Part shown: positions 1-10,500 of the stretch, in pieces
Layout: each line of letters starts with the position of its first letter
Numbering within the stretch: position 1 is the first letter of the stretch
The notes under the pieces: model-generated
Told to the model about the DNA's origin: nothing
What the model saw: the letters and a program-made list of their open reading frames with translations, nothing else
Databases searched by the model: none
Assembly (NCBI GenBank): GCA_032128875.1
Contig: JAVLKG010000001.1
Coordinates: 320,001-384,000 of the forward strand
Origin: Candidatus Melainabacteria bacterium 17Bon1m
GTDB taxonomy: Bacteria > Cyanobacteriota > Vampirovibrionia > Obscuribacterales > Obscuribacteraceae
Direction of reading: 5' to 3'
Length of the DNA: 64,000 nt
Position numbers and translations under genes: made by a program

Positions 1-1691
1 CGCCCGACAATATCCATCACGAGTTTTTGCCGTTCATCAAGCGTGCTCTGAAACTTCGGACCAATATAACTACTCTTGTCTGCAATCATCCGCGCATAAA
101 CATGCTCAAGCCACTGCTCAGTTTCACCACCAAAGTTATAGTTCTGCAGCATACTCCGCAAATTGTCTGAGGTCACAATCTTCGCTCCCTGTGCGCCGGT
201 TCCTACAAAACTCTTCGGCTCGCCGGCGAGCATTTTTGCAAAATTGTCATAGTAGCCCCAGGTGCTTTCGCTGCCGAGCGATGCAATTAGCGCGTCTTTC
301 GGCATGTCGCGCAACAACGCACCACGAATGACAAACACCTCATGCGGATTGTCATTGCAAGAGGCAAGCTTGCTCAATTTATTCTGCGCGCCGCAATGCT
401 CTCCCTTGTCGATCAACAACCCAACCATGCGCCCTGAGGTTGCCTCAACGACGTCATCCCCTTCCACCCAATAGTGCGCGGCAGTCGGACACGCTTTGTC
501 AAAACTGGCAGCCCAAGCCGGATCTCCAGGAATCGGTTGCGCATACGCTGTCAGCGTTATGTTATTCCACGGCCAGCTTTTCACTTCGTTGCGCAGCTCG
601 TCGCCATATGCGCCTTGCACCACGGCACTTACAAACTGGCTTGCAAGCCCGGCTCCAAGGCTGTGACCAGTCACGTAAATATGTTCTGGCGCCGAATATT
701 TCTGCTCTAAATATTTGCAGCAGGCAGTGATCGGTCCGAGCATAGTTGGCAGCGACTCCGCGAATCCCTGAGTCACAGTGCCGACTTTGCTGATGAGCGG
801 CTGCTGAATTTGCTTGCCGCTGCGCAAGTCCGTAATCCAATCCGGGTTGCCCTTCGCTGTTCCGATGTAGTCTTGCGCCTTCCAAACTGTTTTGCTCAAC
901 GCCGACCCGCTCCGGCTCCCGCGAAAAACAATGTACGCGTCGCGGCCGGTTGCTGTTTTTCGCATCAAAACAAAACCCATCAAGCTCCACGCTGGCTCGG
1001 TGTTGCCTGCAACTCCCGTGCCGCCCTCGAAGGCAACAAGATGATCTTCGCCGTCGGTGTACTGGCGAATTTGAAATCGTTCGACATCGTTGTACGGAAA
1101 GCCAGTCGGCTTCGACCTGTACCGCATCCCTTCGATTGTTTTGATGTTCTTCGAGAGATAACCCGGCGCCGCGAGTGCGATGAAGATCTCACCGTCGCGC
1201 GTGAAAGCGGGTTGGCGAGCGTCAGTTTGCTGATAATTGGTGATGATCGGATCGAGATTGAGGTTGCTGTCCGCCCAGCCTCGCGCCGCATTAGGTCCGC
1301 TGTAAAAGCCCTTGTGCGGTGAATCGCTGCTAGCAACGGTCGCCATCGTCAACGGATTGCCGAGCTTGCTTGCGTATTCATGAGTAAAACGGCAGATGTT
1401 GTTGCGCCTGTCACTGCCAACGCGCGAGAAAACGTCATACCAAGGGTCGAGTGGCAAGCACAGGGACTGGTGATAGAGCTGATACGCGAGCGTGCAAAGG
1501 TCGAGATTGATGATACAACGCGGCACAACGTCAGACTCGACGCTGCTGTCGAGGGCGAGCGATGGCACCGGCAACACGAAAGCTTCTGTCAGCAAGAACG
1601 CGCTTGTCAGCAAAATTACAGTTAAGGCATGAAAACCTTTCGGCGAGTGCTGTCTTCTTGTAGCCGTTTGGCTATAAACTCTGGCTTGCAT
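1..1691 (-). CDS. Secreted class-3 lipase (alpha/beta hydrolase), runs off the left edge; absent from the ORF track
   Basis: Manual minus-strand translation from ATG at 1691 (AAGAGG upstream): hydrophobic N-terminus, YIVFRGS, DWITDL, IYVTGHSLGAG (nucleophile elbow at about 651-668), AYAQP, VEGDDVV, NPHEV. No stop seen in the segments translated (3-~1050, ~1370-1691). Confidence 0.88.
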   Translation of the reverse strand, partial: MQARVYSQTATRRQHSPKGFHALTVILLTSAFLLTEAFVLPVPSLALDSSVESDVVPRCIINLDLCTLAYQLYHQSLCLPLDPWYDVFSRVGSDRRNNICRFTHEYASKLGNPLTMATVASSDSPHKGFYSGPNAARGWADSNLNLDPIITNYQQTDARQPAFTRDGEIFIALAAPGYLSKNIKTIEGMRYRSKPTGFPYNDVERFQIRQYTDGEDHLVAFEGGTGVAGNTEPAWSLMGFVLMRKTATGRDAYIVFRGSRSGSALSKTVWKAQDYIGTAKGNPDWITDLRSGKQIQQPLISKVGTVTQGFAESLPTMLGPITACCKYLEQKYSAPEHIYVTGHSLGAGLASQFVSAVVQGAYGDELRNEVKSWPWNNITLTAYAQPIPGDPAWAASFDKACPTAAHYWVEGDDVVEATSGRMVGLLIDKGEHCGAQNKLSKLASCNDNPHEVFVIRGALLRDMPKDALIASLGSESTWGYYDNFAKMLAGEPKSFVGTGAQGAKIVTSDNLRSMLQNYNFGGETEQWLEHVYARMIADKSSYIGPKFQSTLDERQKLVMDIVG

Positions 1692-1887
1692 CTCGCCTCT
1701 TGTGAACATCGACTTTTCCCCGCTGTGCCCCTCGGTCGTGCGCCAGTATAGACCTTTGCCGCGCCCCATTGTAAAACGCAGTATCAACACCACAGTGGAG
1801 GGATTCGCGGGACTTTCCAGTTCGGTATACTTTGAGGTGTTCAGCACAGCGCAAAAACGTGCTGGAGGGAGACAGAAGGAGAGGACA

Positions 1888-2625
1888 ATGGCAGGCAACG
1901 TCATTCAATTTCCCACCAATCGCGGGGATGATAAGCATTCCAGCGTGACCATCGAGAAGGTTCTCGCTGAGTTTTGCGAGGAGCACAGTGGCTCGGATAA
2001 AGCTAAGCAAGAGTGCGAGCGCTCCGTCGAGCTATTCATGAATTTCTTGAATGATTATGCGTACATGGGGCTCGATGAGAAAAATCGTCAGAAGCTCGAA
2101 CGCCACGAAAACGCGCGCGGTCCGAAGCACAAGACTTTCTGCCAGCTCTTTGGTCCTGAACAAATTCCGCGCAACATAGATGATTTTCTCCATGACTTTC
2201 TAGTCAGCAAAGTGCTTTGTTCGCAGGCGCTTCTTCAGAGCACTGCGAAGATGACGGAGCGTTTGTGTCTCTGGCTGCAGCAGAAAAGTTACCTCGATGC
2301 GAAGGAAATCAAAGACGCTGTACTGCTTGCGAAGAAGGCGGCTATTCAGTTGCCGAAAGCAGAGAAGGCCGCGCAGTTGATTTGGCGAGAGTCTGAGTCT
2401 AAGTATGGGCAGGTGGAGCCTGACGAAATCGGACACATGCGCATCGAACGCATCGAGCCCGGCAAGCTGTGGCTGCGACCTTATGAAGGGAAGTATCTTG
2501 GCCCGGTTGTGGTCTCGGAAGAGATATCTGAGTTGCTGGGCGTGGGCTGGGAAATCAACTGCGGGCTCAAGAAGAAAGGCAAAACGTGGCTGCTAATCGA
2601 GGCGATTAACATCTACCCGCGGTGA
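1888..2625 (+). CDS. Hypothetical protein (MAGNVIQFP...)
   Basis: Long ORF; ATG at 1888 follows AAGGAGAGGA SD, preferred over the 1702 start. Confidence 0.75.
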   Translation: MAGNVIQFPTNRGDDKHSSVTIEKVLAEFCEEHSGSDKAKQECERSVELFMNFLNDYAYMGLDEKNRQKLERHENARGPKHKTFCQLFGPEQIPRNIDDFLHDFLVSKVLCSQALLQSTAKMTERLCLWLQQKSYLDAKEIKDAVLLAKKAAIQLPKAEKAAQLIWRESESKYGQVEPDEIGHMRIERIEPGKLWLRPYEGKYLGPVVVSEEISELLGVGWEINCGLKKKGKTWLLIEAINIYPR

Positions 2626-2684
2626 GGGCTTGATTGATGAATGTCGCTAGTTACTTTCGGAACTAGGATCTAATTACTAATGCG

Positions 2685-3050
2685 TTAAGCGCGGCGTGCT
2701 TTGCTAACCCAATTGTTTAGTACGCAGTCGAACTCCTCGACCGTGAAGGGCATCACCAAGTAATCGTCGATGCCGGTTTTGAATGCGTCAAAGCGATCCT
2801 TCGCGAAGGCGTGAGCGGAGGCGATCACTATCGGGATTCCGGGGAATTTATTGCGTAAGCGTCTTATACTGAACTGATCCAACGAACCGCGTCCCCAGAT
2901 GTAGACCAGAAGCTCGGATATTGGATTGCCGTTGTTGCAAGCTTCTTCAACGGAGCTGCAGAAGTCTACGGTAATACCACGTCTGCTAAACAAACTTCGG
3001 AACATCAATTCCTGACTCTTATTTGACTCAATAACAACGGCTCTGATCAC
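2685..3050 (-). CDS. Single-domain atypical response regulator receiver
   Basis: IPIVIASAHAF, GIDDYLVMPF; no Asp at the phosphoacceptor position (ELLVYIW). Confidence 0.75.
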   Translation of the reverse strand: MIRAVVIESNKSQELMFRSLFSRRGITVDFCSSVEEACNNGNPISELLVYIWGRGSLDQFSIRRLRNKFPGIPIVIASAHAFAKDRFDAFKTGIDDYLVMPFTVEEFDCVLNNWVSKARRA

Positions 3051-3386
3051 GATAACTTCCTCTGGTTGTAAGAGTGAGTTATGCGCTCAAAAGTTCCGAG
3101 ACTTTGCCGAGCACAAACATCATCACCGACCAGTAGTCGTGGTTGCCGAGATCTCAATGACGTTAACTCACATATACATTTGGCTGAAAAGCTGGCCACA
3201 GCCCCGTCCAGCTCTCTCTGCCTTCTTTTAAATTACTACATTAATGGGGAGAATGCCAGGGGATAAGCTTCTAGGCTGTTTTACCGCGTGAAGCGCTGAT
3301 ATTCACTTGCCGAGTATCAGATGGGTGGCTGCATATGCCCTGTCGAACACACAATGCCACGAATGACAGCGAAGCTGTAATTCGGC

Positions 3387-4868
3387 TTAAGGACAAGCTT
3401 TGCCGGTAACTGGGACCAGGGTAGGAGGGTCTACAGTTGGGCAGGACTTGATCGGCGCAAAATAGGTGGGATCTCCAGGATTGCCCGTAGAAACCGTCGA
3501 TGGGTCATAACCTTTGAAGACAACCATGATTGTTCCGCCATAAAAACACGCCGCGCGATTCAATTGGCAAACTTGGTTGGTGCTGCAAGTGTTGACGCTC
3601 GGGCAAGGTGATGCCGCCGGTCCAGAGATGCAATTAGTGCAACCATACGGATAAACGCCAGGATTGTTCAGGTTAGAACCCTGGCAGAAATTTCTGATGA
3701 TGGCGCCCTGCACTTTGTAGTTTTGGTTGTTATATGCAAGCAACCATTGGCTTGTGTTCGCGCCGCCAAAACGCATTTCGAGAAAGGCATTGTTGCCGCC
3801 ATTGATGCTGATGTCTGCGGTTTCGTTGTGCGAGTAATCGTTAGTCCAGCAATATGTGTTGATACTGAATTCTGCTTTTGTTGTTCCCTGTGGAAACGCT
3901 TGAATTGCTGGCGGCGGACTGTTGCAGTTGTTGGACGCAGTGCCGAAAGCCATAGCCATGCCCGTCAGCATTGGTGCCGGTGTTGTTGCGGTTACGGTGA
4001 AATTTGATTTTGCGATTTTTCCGGCGGGCAAATTGAAATAGTATGTGGTGGCATCTGTGGTGCTATTCCAAGTCACCGGCGTGGTGCCAATTTGCAACGG
4101 AAGCTGATTGGGTACCGCGACAGCGCAAGCAGGTTGTCCCAATCCAATTGTTATGTAAACGTTTTGCGCAAAGTTTGTCTTGTTCCAGATTGCAAACTGC
4201 GTCGCGGCAGTAGGGATGCCGGTTGCGGTGAGTTTCTTTTGTGATGCGAATTCTAGTGGGCCTGTTGCTGTTCCGCCCCCGACATTGAAGAAGAGAGTAT
4301 TCATCACTTTCTTCACGGGGCTGTCATTGAAATAAATTGCGTCTGCTAAAAAACGTCCAGCGCTCTTTTGCGCAGGAGGGACAATCGTGATGCGCTTAAT
4401 CAAGCTGTTTTCCGAAATTCCAAACTGCTTGTTGCTTAACTGTATTGTTTTGAAGCCATCTTTCTGATTAGCGATCGTCTTACCTTCCGAGAGGAAAACA
4501 GATGAGCGCATCCATGTGCCGACGGGCGGTCGGTAGTCTATATAGCAGGCGCTGTCCGCTGGACCTTTATAATCGAGCGTCAAGCTCTGGAATTTGCCCT
4601 CGAATGCAGGATTGTCGGGGGAGATAATGATGCCGCCGTAGCTGGCGGGCGCTGCTTGTTTTACATGAGTTGCGTTAGCGAAAGGCGAGCGTTTTGCCGT
4701 GCTGACGACGCTCGCGGACATTGATTTTGTGTTTGGCGAGTCCGCCGCAACGAAAGGAGTTGCCGAAAGCTCTGAAAACTGCGCCTGCGCCATGGCAAGC
4801 TGCACAAATGCTGATACTGCAAGGCATAAAGACGCTGCCGTGAGCAGGCGTTTCGACAATCTGGTCAT
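3387..4868 (-). CDS. Secreted Cys-rich protein, C-terminal half possibly thaumatin-like
   Basis: Signal peptide (LLTAASLCLAVSAFVQLAMA); TKAEFSIN...ETADISINGGNN; many Cys in the C-terminus. Confidence 0.7.
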   Translation of the reverse strand: MTRLSKRLLTAASLCLAVSAFVQLAMAQAQFSELSATPFVAADSPNTKSMSASVVSTAKRSPFANATHVKQAAPASYGGIIISPDNPAFEGKFQSLTLDYKGPADSACYIDYRPPVGTWMRSSVFLSEGKTIANQKDGFKTIQLSNKQFGISENSLIKRITIVPPAQKSAGRFLADAIYFNDSPVKKVMNTLFFNVGGGTATGPLEFASQKKLTATGIPTAATQFAIWNKTNFAQNVYITIGLGQPACAVAVPNQLPLQIGTTPVTWNSTTDATTYYFNLPAGKIAKSNFTVTATTPAPMLTGMAMAFGTASNNCNSPPPAIQAFPQGTTKAEFSINTYCWTNDYSHNETADISINGGNNAFLEMRFGGANTSQWLLAYNNQNYKVQGAIIRNFCQGSNLNNPGVYPYGCTNCISGPAASPCPSVNTCSTNQVCQLNRAACFYGGTIMVVFKGYDPSTVSTGNPGDPTYFAPIKSCPTVDPPTLVPVTGKACP

Positions 4869-5018
4869 TTATTCACAAACTGCCGAGTGGAAGGCAGCCC
4901 CCTTAACCATTGTCATTGAATCCGGTACATTTGTACAGTTGTGTACACTACATCGTCATCCATAATGGTGGAAGACCCCTTTGAGCACTCGGTTTCGAAT
5001 CCAGCGGAAACGCTAACT

Positions 5019-5110
5019 CCGGATCGGCGGAAGTTCTATTTCCGAATCGGCGGAAGTTTTATTTCCGGAGCGGCGGAAGTTTTATTTCGGTATCGGCAGC
5101 GACTCTATTT
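5019..5110. repeat. 23-bp tandem repeat, 3 good copies plus 1 degenerate
   Basis: CCGGATCGGCGGAAGTTCTATTT / CCGAATCGGCGGAAGTTTTATTT / CCGGAGCGGCGGAAGTTTTATTT / CGGTATCGGCAGCGACTCTATTT. Confidence 0.9.
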
Positions 5111-6163
5111 CCGATCTGAAAGCAGACTCGCGAGCCGACCTCTAAGCCTGAAAGCTACAGCAACAACGAATAAACCAAATGCGAACACACCAACAGCTAC
5201 TGCAGCGACGGCATACAGAATAATCGTCAGCAGTTTGTTCAGCGAATCGAGCTGTCCGCGAACATCAGCGAGCGGCGACGAAACCCCGGTCATCGGGTCA
5301 CGCAGATCCTTCATTTGTTTGATCAATTCTGCAATCTGCGATTCCATCAATACCAGTTCTTTATGCACATGCACGACCTTGCCATTAACCGTGTTGAGCT
5401 GACCTTGGACGGTTTCAAGCGGCTTGCTGACTGAAGTTAGAGGCTCTTTGATTTGCGACAACGGTCCGTGCAATTTATGCATGTGAGAAGTCGCGTCACG
5501 AATATCCTGACGAATCATCCTTACTTCGCGAAGGTCTTGCTTGATTCCACTTAGTCCATCGAGCTGCTTATTCATCATCTTCAGCTCAGGCGACAACTCC
5601 TTCAGCGCAGAGAGGTCATGCGTGAGCCGATGTAGATTGCCGTTGACTGAGCCCAATTCGCCGCCCATTGTTTTTAGTTCGGTCTGTAAGCTGCCCATGC
5701 GGCTTTCCATACTCGCAAACGCCGGCTCGAGTTTTGCCATCGGTTTTTGCAGGCTAACGAGATCGTCGTCAAGCTCCTTCGCTTCCTGCCTGAGGCGCCA
5801 GACGGGCCGAAGCATTCTTCTTATTGGGTGAAACCCTTTGATCGGCGCAGAGTAGTCGCGGGTGGCGGGTGTTCCTGGGGAAGAACCGTTTTGGTTCGCA
5901 GAAGAGCTAGGAACATAGTGCGAAGAACCGTTGGAGGTCGCAGCTTGGTTTCTACCCCGACGGCTTCTCTTGGTTTCTTCCGGAGCTATACTTGTCGACC
6001 TCGAAGGCGGGGAAGTCGGCGAAACATTTGAAGTTGAATCAGGTGATGTGACGCCTGATTCTGCAGGGATTGTTGGATCCGCGTCTGCACCACGAACAAT
6101 TGTTGCAGTGCTTGTAAAACTGCAAACAATTGCGCTGGAAATCGCAAATACTCGAATATTCAT
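5105..6163 (-). CDS. Exported coiled-coil protein with C-terminal membrane anchor
   Basis: Signal peptide, Ser/Pro-rich linker, long heptad region, hydrophobic LLTIILYAVAAVAVGVFAFGLFVVAVAF. Confidence 0.8.
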   Translation of the reverse strand: MNIRVFAISSAIVCSFTSTATIVRGADADPTIPAESGVTSPDSTSNVSPTSPPSRSTSIAPEETKRSRRGRNQAATSNGSSHYVPSSSANQNGSSPGTPATRDYSAPIKGFHPIRRMLRPVWRLRQEAKELDDDLVSLQKPMAKLEPAFASMESRMGSLQTELKTMGGELGSVNGNLHRLTHDLSALKELSPELKMMNKQLDGLSGIKQDLREVRMIRQDIRDATSHMHKLHGPLSQIKEPLTSVSKPLETVQGQLNTVNGKVVHVHKELVLMESQIAELIKQMKDLRDPMTGVSSPLADVRGQLDSLNKLLTIILYAVAAVAVGVFAFGLFVVAVAFRLRGRLASLLSDRK

Positions 6164-6402
6164 GCAGACCCCGGTTTAGGTGCTCAGTATAGCCTATTAA
6201 ATGTTGTCTATGAGCCTAAGCCTAACGGGCTTTTCCTCACACGACTGGTAGTCGTTCTTGCGACTTGCAAGAACGGTTTCGTAACTTGCGAGGACGTTCT
6301 CACGGCGTGCCAGTGCACAACTTGAACTCATGACACTAAATGTGGTGTATTGCCACGCTCGAATAACAAATGACAATAGCAAGAAACTTTTCATAAAACT
6401 AA

Positions 6403-6427
6403 GGAACTGTAAGGAATTTGGTTCGTC
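6403..6427 (+). promoter_or_regulatory. Putative ECF promoter GGAAC-N17-GTC
   Basis: Motif lies 31 bp upstream of the in-frame TTG at 6459. Confidence 0.6.
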
Positions 6428-6458
6428 CCCAGCATGTTCGAGGACTAGGGACCGAATC

Positions 6459-7532
6459 TTGCAAATAGCTCTTATCGAAGCTAACAAATCGACGGCGCGT
6501 GCCTTAAAGGCAGCGCTGGCCCGCAAGGCGTCTTTCCCTTGCCAGTTTCAGCTTGCTGCTTCCCTTAAGGAAGGGCTATCCGCGCTGAACGAGAAGCCCT
6601 GCGACGTCGTGCTGCTTGATTCTTCCTTGCCGGATAGTGACCCGGTTTCGGCTGTATCGAGAGTTCGCGCGGAATTTCCTTCCATTCCTATTCTTGTACT
6701 TAGCCCAAGTGAGGACACAAATTTTGTAAAGATGATGCACGAGTATGGTGCTCATCCATATGCGATCAAAGGCACCGTGGATGGTGTTCGTCTCGAAGAG
6801 GCTATCAATCAGGCGATCGCACAGGGCAATACGCTAAAAGAAGAGAATGTTCTTCTGAAGAAGAACAAGGAAACACAATCGGAGAACATCAAAACATTTG
6901 CCGCCTTGCTTCAAGGATTGAAGGGACCTTCCTTGATGACAGAACGGATTTTGCAAGTCGTCATCAGCGAACGTTTTGGCAGCCTGCCCTCCGGTATGGC
7001 AAGCATATTCTCGGAGTTGCGCAGTTACAACTGCAAGACTTTAAAGATGATCAATCAGCTTTTGGCCATCTACGAATACGAGATAGATATGCACACCATG
7101 GAGTTCGAACCTGTCAAACTCTCCGAGCTGGTTGAAGAGGCGCTTGCATTGATTGATACTAGCGCCCAAGCTCGCAATGTCACCATAAATTCGGAAGTGG
7201 AGAATGGCGACAAGATTGTTCAATTGAACAAGTCCGGAATGCTAATGGCGCTGCTAACCTTACTCGAAATGGCCATTACCAACACCGGTTTGGATTGTGC
7301 GCTCAGCTTCAAGACGGTTGTCGATGAAAATTCAGTTTCAATTACTGTAGACAATATAAACCCACTGGACAAGCGCAACGACGAAGGGAGTTTTGAGCGA
7401 CTTCCCCCCACATCAGAACCAGGATTGCACTTTTGCAAAGCGATTGCGGAAGCTCATTCGGGTGAGTTACTTTTCCGGTTGGAAGATACGCTCGATTGCA
7501 AATTCATCTTTCGTGTGCCGACAAGTCACTAG
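6459..7532 (+). CDS. Receiver domain plus degenerate histidine kinase (pseudokinase)
   Basis: REC (IALIE, DVVLLDSSLPD, YAIKG); H-box reads ALLQGLKGPS, N-box LLEMAITNT; TTG start at 6459 fits the REC N-terminus. Confidence 0.8.
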   Translation: MQIALIEANKSTARALKAALARKASFPCQFQLAASLKEGLSALNEKPCDVVLLDSSLPDSDPVSAVSRVRAEFPSIPILVLSPSEDTNFVKMMHEYGAHPYAIKGTVDGVRLEEAINQAIAQGNTLKEENVLLKKNKETQSENIKTFAALLQGLKGPSLMTERILQVVISERFGSLPSGMASIFSELRSYNCKTLKMINQLLAIYEYEIDMHTMEFEPVKLSELVEEALALIDTSAQARNVTINSEVENGDKIVQLNKSGMLMALLTLLEMAITNTGLDCALSFKTVVDENSVSITVDNINPLDKRNDEGSFERLPPTSEPGLHFCKAIAEAHSGELLFRLEDTLDCKFIFRVPTSH

Positions 7533-7579
7533 GGATTGCCGCTGGAGTCTGCGACTTTTGAATGATTGCCGCTTTCCCC

Positions 7580-10500
7580 TTAGGCTGTGTAATATTCGTT
7601 CAAGAAGCCTTTTGCAACGGTGAATTGATTTTCTAAGTCATCGAGGTACTTTTGCAAAGCTTGCTCGTCATTTTTTCTCGCGGCGTCCTCGATGGCGTGG
7701 CAAGTCGTCTCCATGTGCGCTATGCCTAGTACTGCACAGACTCCTCGTACTTTATGCGCTGTGTCAGCGATTTCTTGAAAATTCTTGTCTTGTAGCGATT
7801 TGCGGAAACTGACGATTTGCACAGGAGCGTCGTCGACGAACATTTTTATCAACTCTTTTCCGCCAGCTCCAAACTTTGCATTGATGTTTTCAATGTTGAC
7901 AGGCTTGGACAAATCGAGACTGACTTCGGATATGTCAAAGTCTGTCTGTTTCGACTGCCCCGACTTTGGCAAAGGCAGCCACTTATCTAGCATCTCGCGG
8001 AGAGTTTTTGGATCCACCGGTTTACTCAGATAATCATCCATCCCGACGGCGATACACCTGTCTTTATCTTCCCTCATAGCGTGAGCCGTCATCGCCACTA
8101 TTGGTACGTGTGCACCAGTGCTAAGCTCGCGCTTTCTGATGATCTTCGTAGCGAGCAAGCCGTCCATTTCCGGCATCTGGCAATCCATAAACACGAGAGA
8201 ATATGTCCGCATCGAGAGTGCATTGAGCGCTTCCTTTCCGTTGCTCGCAATGTCCACGGTAAATCCTAGCTCTTCTAAATAGAGCTGCGCTACTCTCTGA
8301 TTAATGGGATGATCTTCAACCACCAAAATCAATTCAGATCTTTGCTGTTCGATCTGATTTTCGAAAGACGAAGTGTTGATTTCTTTGTTGAAGATAGTGT
8401 CCTTACAAACCACGTCTGTCAAGCAATCAAGAAGCTGAGACTGTCTAACTGGTTTTGTTATAAACGCTTTGAAGCCCATGTCGATTGCTTGCGCGCCAAG
8501 ACCCGGTGTGTCAAAAGCCGTGAGTAGAACGAGGTCGGTTCTGCTGAGTATTTGATCATTGAGGATTTCCTTCGCCATCTCAATGCCGTTTTTCTCCGGC
8601 ATAACCAGGTCGACAATGGCAACTTTATAGGGGGTGTCATCTACAGATGCAGTGTGTAGTTGCTCCACCGCATCACTAGCACTCACTGCGGTGCCGCACT
8701 GCATTCCCCACGACTGAACATATTTTTGTAGAATCTCTCTTGCGTTAGGCTCATCGTCAATAATAAGCACTCGAACATTCTTCAGCGCCTCATGTGTGCC
8801 TGCCCATCCTTTCACGCCCCGAGCTTCAAGCGGCACTTTGAACCAAAACGTTGAGCCTTCCCCCTTTTTGCTTCGCACGCCTATTGCGCCACCCATAAGT
8901 TCAACTAGCGATTTGGAAATGCTAAGACCCAATCCAGTGCCACCAAATTTTCGGCTTATAGATCCGTCTGCCTGGACGAATGGCTGAAAGAGTTTTTGCT
9001 GTTCATCTTGCGTCAGGCCAATCCCGTAGTCGGTTACAGAAAATACAATGTTCATCATGTTTTCCTGCATTGAATCAATCTCTGCTTTCACGACGACTTC
9101 ACCGGATTCTGTGAATTTGATTGCATTCGATGCGAGATTGAGCAAAACCTGTCTTAGTCTTTCAGCGTCACCTCGTAAGAGTCGAGGTATAGCGACATCA
9201 ACATAACTTAGAAGCGACAGTCGTTTGGTTCTGGCTTGAACAGCGAGAATTTCACAGACACCTTCTACCATGCTCGCAATATCGAATTCGTGCATCTCCA
9301 ATTCAATACGACCAGCCTCGATTTTGCTGAAATCGAGAATGTCATTGATGACCGTTAACAATGCGTCGGCTGCCGACTGAATCGCGCGCGCATATTGGTT
9401 TTGAGATTCGTCGAGTTTTGTTCTGAGCAAAACGTTGCACATGCCTACGATGCCATTCATCGGTGTGCGGATTTCGTGGCTCATGTTCGCTACGAATTCG
9501 GATTTGAATTTTGACGCAGCTTGAGCCTGATCTCTTGCGAGAGATAATTCTTTGTTGAGAACTTCTAATTCCTGTTTGGATTGTAAAAGTCTCTCTTCAA
9601 CTACGTGGCGCTCTGTTATGTCGCGGGTAACTTTTGAAAATCCCTTCAGCTTACCGGCCGAGTCTTTGGTTGGTCTTATGACGACGTTTGCATAAAACTG
9701 ACTGCCATCCTTACGAACGCGCCAACCGAAGGTTTCGCAACTTCCCTGTTCGATTGCTTCCTTTAAAAGCTTACTCGGGAGCTTTCTATCAATATCTGCA
9801 GGTTGATAAAAACACGAAAAATGCTTACCGATAATTTCTTCTTGCGTATATCCTTGAAGGCGTTCGGCGCCATCATTCCATGTCACCACGTTTCCCTTGG
9901 TGTCGAGCATGATGATCGCGTAGTCGAGCACGCTCGATATCAGCGTTCGAAATTTTTCTTCGCTACTCCTTATAGCCTCTTCTGCTGCTTTGCGCTGTGC
10001 AGACTGATGCATGAGCAGATACATCATAACGACGACTGAAGCAGCTATTGAAACCGCGAGCGCAGCTGTGGAAAACGCTGTTTGGCTTGATGTTTTGGTG
10101 ACGGTAGTGTTTTGCTCGTTGAGCACTGCGTTCATGTGCGTGGTCATGACATTCAAATTCACTCGAATATCATCCATCAATTTCTTGCCGGAGTCGGTAT
10201 TCACAATTTTGCGAGCGGTAGCAGAGTCGCCGTGAGTCTGGAGTTCTGTTGTTTGTCTGAGCTCATCCAACTTCGAGTAAACAAGAGAGCCCAGAGCCTG
10301 GATCTGAGAGCGCATCTCTACATCGTTGCCGGCAAGACCGCTCAGTTCTCGTAAGTCCTTGATGATAGATTCTTGTGCTTCATCGTAGGGTTTTAGATAC
10401 GACGGTTTGCCGGTCAGCAGATACCCTCGCTGACCGGTTTCGGCATCTTTTAGATCGGACATCAACTTTTCTAGCTGAACAAGAATTTTCAGCGAGAGGT

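Noticed and set aside
262-1625. Short ORFs listed in the track
   Set aside because: Shadow frames of the minus-strand lipase gene
5019-5110. CRISPR array
   Set aside because: Units are contiguous with no unique spacers, and there are no cas genes
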